Source of the DNA: Phycisphaerales bacterium
Lineage (GTDB): Bacteria > Planctomycetota > Phycisphaerae > Phycisphaerales > UBA1924
Direction: 5' to 3'
Assembly: GCA_041737685.1 (NCBI GenBank)
Contig: JBGSRG010000240.1
Coordinates: 1 to 46,190 of the forward strand
Length of the DNA: 46,190 bases
How positions within the stretch are numbered: position 1 is the stretch's first letter; every line of letters begins with the position of its first letter. Below are positions 1 through 6,569 of this stretch, piece by piece. Both the position numbers and the translations under genes were made by a program. Below the pieces are notes generated by a model. The model searched no databases. It saw only the letters and a program-made list of their open reading frames with translations, and was not told where the DNA came from.

Positions 1-247
1 CCCGGAATCTCGCAGCGGACTCGAGTTGCGAGGGCGAGAAGATCTCGAATCGGCGCAGGTGCTTGGTTGAGCGAGCGAAAGACTCGCCCGGATAGTCGTC
101 GCCAACTCGCAGGTCGACTTTGAGCAGTCCCCCCGGCTGAAGCCAGAAGCGATCGGGAAGGAGCCAGAAGTCGTGTGCGAAGGCGGACGTCGTGACGACC
201 AGCAGTAGCGCAAGGGCGGCGACGGGCTGAGCTCGAGTGGCGAACAT
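1..247 (-). CDS. DUF4198-like periplasmic protein, N-terminal fragment (gene continues past the window edge)
   Basis: Manual minus-strand translation from ATG at 247..245 gives MFATRAQPVAALALLLVVTTSAFAHDFWLLPDRFWLQPGGLLKVDLRVGDDYPGESF... This is a signal peptide followed by an HDFWL start, typical of DUF4198 proteins. The frame stays open to position 1, so it is absent from the ORF track. Confidence 0.5.
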   Translation of the reverse strand, partial: MFATRAQPVAALALLLVVTTSAFAHDFWLLPDRFWLQPGGLLKVDLRVGDDYPGESFARSTKHLRRFEIFSPSQLESAARFR

Positions 248-280
248 GCGGATGGCCTCGGAAGGGGAAGACTGAGGTGC

Positions 281-323
281 AAAGAGAAACGGCCGCGCCG
301 ACGGGTGCGTTCGACGCGGCCGT
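281..323 (-). terminator. Putative intrinsic terminator after the DUF4331 gene
   Basis: Positions 289-301 pair with 311-323 (9 GC-rich bp, one mismatch, then 3 bp) around a roughly 9-nt loop. On the minus strand the hairpin is followed by TTCTCTTTG. It lies about 40 nt downstream of the stop at 362. Confidence 0.5.
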
Positions 324-361
324 AACACAGATTACTTATCGATGGTCAAGCGAGATAAGGG

Positions 362-1876
362 TTAGGGAGTCGGGAAGTTGTTGGGGCTGGAAGTGACCGG
401 GACGGTCAGGTAGGGGAAGGCGTTGTAGAAGAAAGAGTCGTCGATGAAGGCCTGATCGGTGAAGGGCAGATTGCCCTGCGGTGCGTTGCCGCCCGATTGT
501 CCGGCGTCGGGATAGAGCGCACCCATCACGGCGCGGAGAGAGATGTCAACCACGTCGTCGCCGGGACGACGGCCGTTGGGAAATCCGGCGGTGTCTCCGC
601 CGAGCACGCCTAAGGGGTTCTGAGAACCGCGGGGTTGTACGGCGATGGAGGTGTTGAGACGAAGGATCTCAGCGGGGGTGCCGTTGGCGGGCTGGGTGAG
701 GCCCGGCACGCCGGTCAGGAAGACCTGAACCAGGTCGTTGCGCGGCAGAGTGGGCGGTGTCACACCGAAGAGCGAGCCGAGCAGGGCGGGCAGGGTCGGG
801 TTGGTGACATAGCGAAGGAACTGACCGTCGCCGGAAGGACTTGAAGCGTTGAAGAGGTCCTTGTCGGGCAGGCCGATGACCAACTCGTTGACGAGCGGGT
901 GGCCCAGACGCGAAACCTGAACAAACGCGCCGGACTGAGTGTTGGGCTGGTCGTAGGTCGGGGTCGTGGTCAGTGAGCGGTTCTGTGGGACGCTGCAAGT
1001 GGTCCAGGCACCGAGGACGGGGTCCATAGGTGCGCTGCTGGTGCTGCTGCCGACGAGATAATTGATGGGTATCTCGATCGCGAGCGTGGTGACGTTGTTG
1101 AAGGCAAGCGTGTCGGCTTTGCCAGCGGGGTCACCCAAGGGATCGAGGTTGACGAGGTCGAAGACCTCACCCAGATTGACCACGAAGGGATCTTTGCGCT
1201 GACCGACGAAGACACGCGCGGGCGCTCGGGCTCCGGGAAGGTTCACTTTGTAGATGTGGCGCAGGGCGTAAGGCTCGTAGTTGCCAGCGACGAAGGACTT
1301 GCGGCCGATGAAGTCGACGGGCTTGCGGAAGGCCGAGACGCGAGAGTCGCCGAACTGTGTGAGAGCGGCTGATTGGCCGGTGAACCGATCGCCGAAGGTG
1401 ACGTCTACGGTGAAACTCTCGAGTTGATTGGCGTTCTCACGATTGAAGACGAATGGGCCGATCTGTCCGGTGTTCACAAGCGGCACCGGGACGCTCTCAC
1501 TGCCGATCGTCAGGGCTGTGCCGCGAATGGCTTGGCTAAAGCGGAAGGTGAAGGTCACATCTTCCTGACCGTCGCCGTTGTTGTCGATGTGGATCTGGTA
1601 GAGGGCGTTGGGGTCCATCGGGAAGAAGTTGGGGCCGCCGTAGGAAGTCTGAAAGGGCTGATAGTTAGCGATGAGCGTGACGAAGCCGTCGCGTCCGGCT
1701 TCGTAGGACCGGAACATGTAGAAGTCGGTCGCGTCGAGGCGCGGCGAGCCGGCGATGGAAGGTGCTTCGCGGTGACTTGATGCCATTGCGGGTGAAGCGG
1801 TGGCTGCGGCGGCAATGCAGATCGCGCCGGCAGCGGTGAGACGTTGACCGGAAGTAGAACGGAACGGGACGTTCAT
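362..1876 (-). CDS. Secreted DUF4331 family protein
   Basis: The ORF is 362..1981. I prefer the internal ATG at 1876 (MNVPFRSTSGQRLTAAGAICIAAAATASPAMA), which gives a signal peptide and is preceded by AGGAG. The mature N-terminus SSHREAPSIAGSPRLDATDFYMF matches the conserved DUF4331 start (SHREAP...D.TD.Y.F). Confidence 0.8.
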   Translation of the reverse strand: MNVPFRSTSGQRLTAAGAICIAAAATASPAMASSHREAPSIAGSPRLDATDFYMFRSYEAGRDGFVTLIANYQPFQTSYGGPNFFPMDPNALYQIHIDNNGDGQEDVTFTFRFSQAIRGTALTIGSESVPVPLVNTGQIGPFVFNRENANQLESFTVDVTFGDRFTGQSAALTQFGDSRVSAFRKPVDFIGRKSFVAGNYEPYALRHIYKVNLPGARAPARVFVGQRKDPFVVNLGEVFDLVNLDPLGDPAGKADTLAFNNVTTLAIEIPINYLVGSSTSSAPMDPVLGAWTTCSVPQNRSLTTTPTYDQPNTQSGAFVQVSRLGHPLVNELVIGLPDKDLFNASSPSGDGQFLRYVTNPTLPALLGSLFGVTPPTLPRNDLVQVFLTGVPGLTQPANGTPAEILRLNTSIAVQPRGSQNPLGVLGGDTAGFPNGRRPGDDVVDISLRAVMGALYPDAGQSGGNAPQGNLPFTDQAFIDDSFFYNAFPYLTVPVTSSPNNFPTP

Positions 1877-2325
1877 GCGTGGGCTCCTAGGGGGACTCTC
1901 GGGACGGATCACTCTGACAGGACTTGCCGGAGTGTGGTGAGGCCTGATGAACGCAGGGCCGGGAAGCGGATGAATGGACACTCAGATCGGGACGTGTCGG
2001 GCTCGAGCGGCGAGAGCGGTCAAGCGGGGCAGTTGGCACAAGCGCACTACGCCGGTGTGACAGTGCTACGGAACGAGCTGAGGGCGGTTTTTGCTCCGCG
2101 AACTGGATTGGCGCGGTTCAGCGTCAAAGTCGAACGGAGAAGCACGCCGGTGCGGCTGGTTGGTGGCGAGGCGTCTTTGCCGGGTGGCCCGATCAAGTGG
2201 CTTCAACTTCCCGATACTCTCAGTCGCCATCAGCGGCCGAGCGATCCGGCCGCGTGTGGGGCACGTGCGGAGGAGTTGGCAAACGGGTTTCCCTTTGACC
2301 CTCCGCACGCCGCACGGCCGGTACC

Positions 2326-2916
2326 ATGCATGCCATGCGGCAAGTCACGCTCATCACCACCGGCGGAACGATCGAAAAAACCTACGATGAGCAGACGGGG
2401 GGTTTGGTCAATCGGCGGTCGATCGTGCGGCGGATGCTGACGCGCTTGCGGCTTGAAGAGACACAGGTCTCGGTGATTGAACTCATCAGCAAGGACAGTT
2501 TGCACCTGACCGACGACGACCGGGCTCGGATCGTCGAAGCGGTTCGAGCAGCTGGCGCGTGCATGGAGCCTGTGGTTGGTGGAGACGGTGCGGGGCACAA
2601 GGAGCCGGACAGGGGGCCGGGAGGCAGCGCGACGGGCGAGCGCGGCGGCGTCGTGGTTCTGCATGGCACCGACACCCTGAGCCTGACAGGCGAGAGGCTG
2701 CTGAAGGAACTCAAGGACTTGAAGCGGCCGGTGGTGCTGACCGCGGCGATGCGTCCGTACGAAATGGCTCGGAGCGATGCTCTGCAGAACCTGACCGAGG
2801 CGATCTTTGCGACGGGCGTGCTGGAGCCGGGGGTTTATGCCGCAGTGCATGGACGCGTGCTGGAGTTTCCGGGGGTGGTGAAGGATCGGGAACGGGGCAC
2901 GTTTGTGAAGGCGTAG
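2326..2916 (+). CDS. Short asparaginase-family protein (N-terminal domain type)
   Basis: The translation has TLITTGGTIEKTY (the asparaginase catalytic Thr motif TGGTI) and VVLHGTDTLS (the HGTDT motif). There are two in-frame ATGs (2326 and 2335) and no clear SD. A Gly-rich insertion lies between the two motifs. Confidence 0.75.
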   Translation: MHAMRQVTLITTGGTIEKTYDEQTGGLVNRRSIVRRMLTRLRLEETQVSVIELISKDSLHLTDDDRARIVEAVRAAGACMEPVVGGDGAGHKEPDRGPGGSATGERGGVVVLHGTDTLSLTGERLLKELKDLKRPVVLTAAMRPYEMARSDALQNLTEAIFATGVLEPGVYAAVHGRVLEFPGVVKDRERGTFVKA

Positions 2917-2960
2917 CGGGCGATATGGCGTTGCAAGGGCGGACCTGTGGAAGAGCACAC

Positions 2961-3437
2961 ATGCAAGCGATTCTGCTGGCGATCGGCGCGGGGCTTTGCT
3001 GGGGCGTAGGCGAACTGTTCACCAAGAGCGTTCTGCACACGCACAAGATCGGGCCGATGACGGCTATCGCGGTGCGAAGCACTGTGGCGCTTCCGGTCAT
3101 ATGGGCCGCGTACTTCATCGCGACGCACATTGTCAAGTCCGGGCGAGAGAACCCGGCTTGGTACAAGGGTGCGCTCGCGGGCGGGGCCGACAGCGTCACG
3201 ATTCTGAAACTCGTGCTGGGCAGCGGCTTGGTCGCCGGCGCGGCGGCGATGATTTTCTTCTACGCGGCTCTGTCGATCGGCGAAATCAGCCGGATCAAGC
3301 CGATCGCGTTCACGCTTGCGCCGGCGGTGGCGGTTTTGCTTGGGTGGCTGGTGCTTGGCGAGGCGATGACACCGAAGAAGGCGATTGGTGTGGTGCTGAT
3401 CCTTGCGGGCGTGCTGACACTGACGGGCAGGGGTTGA
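2961..3437 (+). CDS. EamA/DMT-superfamily small membrane transporter (single EamA domain)
   Basis: This is the 3-prime part of ORF 2559..3437. From ATG 2961 the protein (MQAILLAIGAGLCWGVGELFTK...LGWLVLGEAMTPKKAIGVVLILAGVLTL) has about 5 hydrophobic helices and the typical EamA C-terminal helix. The upstream part of the ORF overlaps the asparaginase gene and is Arg/Gly-rich junk. Confidence 0.75.
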   Translation: MQAILLAIGAGLCWGVGELFTKSVLHTHKIGPMTAIAVRSTVALPVIWAAYFIATHIVKSGRENPAWYKGALAGGADSVTILKLVLGSGLVAGAAAMIFFYAALSIGEISRIKPIAFTLAPAVAVLLGWLVLGEAMTPKKAIGVVLILAGVLTLTGRG

Positions 3438-3464
3438 GCAAAGCGATCGATTGGGAAACGACAA

Positions 3465-3492
3465 CCGCCCGGCGCTTGTGCGCGCCGGGCGG
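3465..3492. terminator. Perfect 11-bp GC hairpin between convergent EamA and rplU genes
   Basis: CCGCCCGGCGC (3465-3475) and GCGCCGGGCGG (3482-3492) pair around a 6-nt loop. On the minus strand the hairpin is followed by TTGTCGTTTCCC, consistent with an rplU terminator. Confidence 0.65.
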
Positions 3493-3525
3493 CTGGTTCA
3501 TGCAACGAGGTTGTGTTCGCGCGAC

Positions 3526-3855
3526 TCAGGCGTTGATGCCGGTGATCACGACTCGCGTGTACTTCTGACGGTGGCCGGTTTTCTGACGCGAACCCTTCTT
3601 GGCCTGGAAGTATTGAATGCGGAGTTTCGGACCCTTGACCAGCGGTTCGATGATTTCGGCGGTCACGCTTGCGCCCGCGAGCAGCGGCGTGCCGACCTTC
3701 GCGTCCGCACCGACTTTGCCGCCGACGAGAAGGACGCGGTCAAAGGTGATGGATTTGCCTGATTCGGTCTCGCCGGCGTCGAGCAGATCGATCTCGATGA
3801 TGTCGCCTTCGGTGACGCGGCGCTGTCCGCCGCCTTCTGCAATGATCGCGTACAT
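3526..3855 (-). CDS. rplU: 50S ribosomal protein L21
   Basis: From ATG 3855 the translation is MYAIIAEGGGQRRVTEGDIIEIDLL...KGPKLRIQYFQAKKGSRQKTGHRQKYTRVVITGI, a canonical L21 sequence and length (109 aa). Confidence 0.95.
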   Translation of the reverse strand: MYAIIAEGGGQRRVTEGDIIEIDLLDAGETESGKSITFDRVLLVGGKVGADAKVGTPLLAGASVTAEIIEPLVKGPKLRIQYFQAKKGSRQKTGHRQKYTRVVITGINA

Positions 3856-4032
3856 GGATGCAACCCTTTGGCTCTGCCGCACCTATCGGGGGGCCGGGTG
3901 GTCGAAAGTTCGACCGTGCCGAGCCCGCTTAAATCCGGGTTCGTTGCGGGAGAGCAAGCTTAGGTTGGGTTGCGGGTCCGTTCCAATCCGGGGCGTTGGG
4001 CAAGGGATGGAAGGGTGAGCCGAGAGCGAAAG

Positions 4033-4587
4033 TCAGTATTGCGACCCGGTGTAGTTGATCGTTGTGACTTTGCAGTCATTGACCTCGTTGTAGAGAGCCA
4101 GCGTGGCGGCGTTGTTGCCCATGTTCTTGACGCGATAGCGCAACGCCCCATTCCGGGGGTTGTACCAGATCGATCCGCTACCCGAGCCCGTTCCGGCTTG
4201 GATGTGCTTGGTCTGGGGGTGCCACTTGTTCGGGTTGTTCGCGGTGTCGATGACGTAAACCGCTGTGTTTGCCGGGAGCCACGGGTTGAGGTGCTTGTCG
4301 TCGCCGCCTGCGTCGAAGATGTTGGTAAGGTCGGCGGGCCAGCCGCCGTTGTTGGCGGCCAGCGCGGGGTTGAGCGTGATGGCCTGCAAACGAGCTCCCT
4401 GAACTGCGGTGTTTAGCGCTCCTCGCGCCCCCTGAGCCTTCGAGATTCGGGCCCTCTCGGCGTAGTCGAAGTACTTGGGCACGGCGACGCCCGCAAGGAT
4501 CGCCAGAACGACGATGACGACGATGAGTTCAACGAGCGTGAAGGCGCGCGGGCGGCTCGAGCGACGTGTGTTATCGGAACTGGGCAT
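4033..4587 (-). CDS. Prepilin-type N-terminal cleavage/methylation domain protein (type II secretion/type IV pilus pseudopilin-like)
   Basis: From ATG 4587 (GGGAGA lies upstream) the translation is MPSSDNTRRSSRPRAFTLVELIVVIVVLAILAGVAVPKY. This shows the classic prepilin leader, FTLVEL and a hydrophobic helix. Confidence 0.85.
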   Translation of the reverse strand: MPSSDNTRRSSRPRAFTLVELIVVIVVLAILAGVAVPKYFDYAERARISKAQGARGALNTAVQGARLQAITLNPALAANNGGWPADLTNIFDAGGDDKHLNPWLPANTAVYVIDTANNPNKWHPQTKHIQAGTGSGSGSIWYNPRNGALRYRVKNMGNNAATLALYNEVNDCKVTTINYTGSQY

Positions 4588-4655
4588 GAACTTTCTCCCT
4601 TGCCTGCGCTGTCGGCCCGGAAGCCCCCGGTCTTGAGGAGAGATGGGCTCGTTGT

Positions 4656-6053
4656 TCACAATGCCTGGTTGAAGAATCGGGTCCAGTTGCCGAAGGCGAA
4701 CGAGCGCAGGTCGGCGTCAGTCCAGCCGCGATTGATGAGCGCGTCGAGCAGTCGGGGAAGGTGTTCGGGACGGTCAATGGCTGCGGGCAGCCGTGATGAA
4801 GGGAAGCCACCGTCCATGTCGGAGCCAAGCCCAACGTGCAGCAGATCGCCGGAGATCTCGCAGACGTGCTCGACGTGGCGCACACACGATTCGATCGAGG
4901 CACGGCCGGAGTCGTGAGCCGTGGTATCGAGGAAGCGAGAAAAAAGGTTGAGTCCGATGATGCCGCCGGGCACTTGGTTCGCGGGCGCGGGCCGCTCGAC
5001 GATCGCGCGGATCTGAGCGTCGCTGAGGTGTCGCTGTTCGGATGGATCGGCGAGCAGTGCGCGGCAGTTGGAGTGCGAGGCCATCACGGGCCCGCGAGCG
5101 CACTCTATCAACTCGCTGAAGGCTCGGTCCGAAAGGTGCGAAGCGTCGTGAACGATTCGCAGCGCGTCCATTCGCCGTACCAGATCGCGGCCGAGGTCAC
5201 TCAGGCCGTGCGATGTGGCGTTTCCGCCCGCGTAGCGAGATTGATGGATCCACGCCATGCCGATGGCCACTACGCCGCGCTCGCGCCACCATTCGAGTTC
5301 GTCTGGTGAGCGGATGGGGTCAGCGTTCTCGATCAGGATGCCGACGGTGAGGGGCTGCGGCTCAGAAGATTGGGTTGCTTGGCCGGATGAAGCACTCGCG
5401 ACGTGGGGGCCGGGTCGTCGGTTGCCGAGTCTTGCCAAGAGTCGTTCGGGTGAGGGTGGCACCGGTTCAGCGACGCCCATCCCGCCGCGGATGTCGCCCG
5501 TGCCTGAGTCTGAACGCAGGAGGTCTCGAAGACTGAGATTGATGTGGCCCTGATCGCGCCAGGTGAGGTAAGCCTCGAGTTGGGCACGGCCAGCACGGTG
5601 TGCGGCGTCGGCATCGTGAGACGGGTACTTCTCGGGCGCGATGGCCAGAGCGGCGGAGGCAACAGGCTCCGTGAAAATCGTGCCCAGAGCCAAGCGGACA
5701 CCGCCGAAGGTGTTGGCGTGGGGTGCGAGCGATGGGAGCGTAACGGCCGCGGGCGGGTGGGGGAGGTTGGCAGCGGATTTCTCGAGTTCCGGTAGTGTGG
5801 CGAGCATGTCTCGCTTGTTCACGGCGAGATAGGCGAGATCCAGGTGTGAATCGAAGAACGGAATCTGTGCAAGTGGGGGGTTTGGAGGCACGCGGGGACT
5901 GTACGTGGAATCGCGGATGGGGCTGCGGTGTGCGGGGCGCGGCTTGATCGACCAGACAGGTGTGGCTGGTGGGAGGATCGAAGGCTGATGCGAAGACGGT
6001 GCAATCAGGGTGTTAGACTTGTAAGTCCGCCGCTCCCTCTGAGAGAAATCCAA
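4656..6053 (-). CDS. Membrane dipeptidase family (peptidase M19) protein; start uncertain
   Basis: M19-like motifs are present: FFDSHLDLAY, IVHDASHLSD, PVMASHSNCRAL, GGIIGLNLF and HVGLGSDMDGGF. The ORF-track start at 6053 is a TTG. An in-frame GTG at 5891 (MPPNPPLAQIPFFDSH) is an alternative start. There is a low-complexity insertion in the middle. Confidence 0.75.
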   Translation of the reverse strand: MDFSQRERRTYKSNTLIAPSSHQPSILPPATPVWSIKPRPAHRSPIRDSTYSPRVPPNPPLAQIPFFDSHLDLAYLAVNKRDMLATLPELEKSAANLPHPPAAVTLPSLAPHANTFGGVRLALGTIFTEPVASAALAIAPEKYPSHDADAAHRAGRAQLEAYLTWRDQGHINLSLRDLLRSDSGTGDIRGGMGVAEPVPPSPERLLARLGNRRPGPHVASASSGQATQSSEPQPLTVGILIENADPIRSPDELEWWRERGVVAIGMAWIHQSRYAGGNATSHGLSDLGRDLVRRMDALRIVHDASHLSDRAFSELIECARGPVMASHSNCRALLADPSEQRHLSDAQIRAIVERPAPANQVPGGIIGLNLFSRFLDTTAHDSGRASIESCVRHVEHVCEISGDLLHVGLGSDMDGGFPSSRLPAAIDRPEHLPRLLDALINRGWTDADLRSFAFGNWTRFFNQAL

Positions 6054-6505
6054 TGGCTCAACACACGCACATGCTCGGGTCAGAGTCTCGGGATACGCGA
6101 TTGCGCTGTCCGAAGGACTCGACGCTGATGGAGAAGTCCACGGTTCGAGGCGAAGTGGGCGGCACGCCCGTCGAGGTGACGGTTGATCGTTGTGCTTTCT
6201 GTGGCTCGCTCTGGCTGGACAAGCACGAACTCGAATCGTTGCTGAGCATGAAGGCGGCGAAAAAGGTTGACGTAGGCCCGTTTGACAGCAACCGGCAGAA
6301 CCCGAGAGGATCCGAGGCGGTAGGTGGATTGACTTGCCCGCGCGATGCGAGCATCCTTGTGGAGGTTGAGCACGAACAGCAGAAGCACGTGCTGATCTGC
6401 GTGTGTACCGAGTGCGGCGGGAAACTGCTTGACGCGGGTGAGTTGCTGGACCTGGCAGAGTTCACGGTCGTTGAGCGCATTCGGGCTGCGATTGGGCGTG
6501 CGTAG
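6053..6505 (+). CDS. Zinc-ribbon protein with two TFIIB-type (zf-TFIIB, PF13453-like) ribbons
   Basis: ATG 6053 is preceded by GAGAGA. Two CxxC...CxxC units are present: CPKDSTLM...CAFCGSLWLDKHELESLL and CPRDASIL...CTECGGKLLDAGELLDL. Confidence 0.7.
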   Translation: MAQHTHMLGSESRDTRLRCPKDSTLMEKSTVRGEVGGTPVEVTVDRCAFCGSLWLDKHELESLLSMKAAKKVDVGPFDSNRQNPRGSEAVGGLTCPRDASILVEVEHEQQKHVLICVCTECGGKLLDAGELLDLAEFTVVERIRAAIGRA

Positions 6506-6569
6506 GCGGCGCGAGAGTGGCGGGTGGGCTGGGTTTCAGGGGGCGTGGAGGGCAGACGTGCGGGAGAAG

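Noticed and set aside
1844-2440. 198-aa ORF, plus the overlapping ORFs 2066..2308(-), 2091..2390(+) and 2230..2958(-), filling the gap upstream of the asparaginase-like gene
   Set aside because: It runs into and overlaps the asparaginase-like CDS out of frame, and its 5-prime end (1844-1876) overlaps the start of the DUF4331 CDS on the opposite strand. The composition is Arg/Gly/Ser-rich. It has no RBS and no recognisable motif, so I treat 1877-2325 as intergenic.
2559-2960. N-terminal 134 aa of the 292-aa ORF 2559..3437, which would extend the EamA protein
   Set aside because: This part overlaps the asparaginase-like gene in another frame and is Arg/Gly-rich. The membrane protein begins sensibly at ATG 2961.
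3960-4010. tRNA-like T-arm impression (GGGTCCGTTCCAATCCGGGGC) between rplU and the pseudopilin gene
   Set aside because: The flanks do not form a proper 5-bp T-stem, and no acceptor, D or anticodon arms can be drawn. I could fold no tRNA anywhere in the window.
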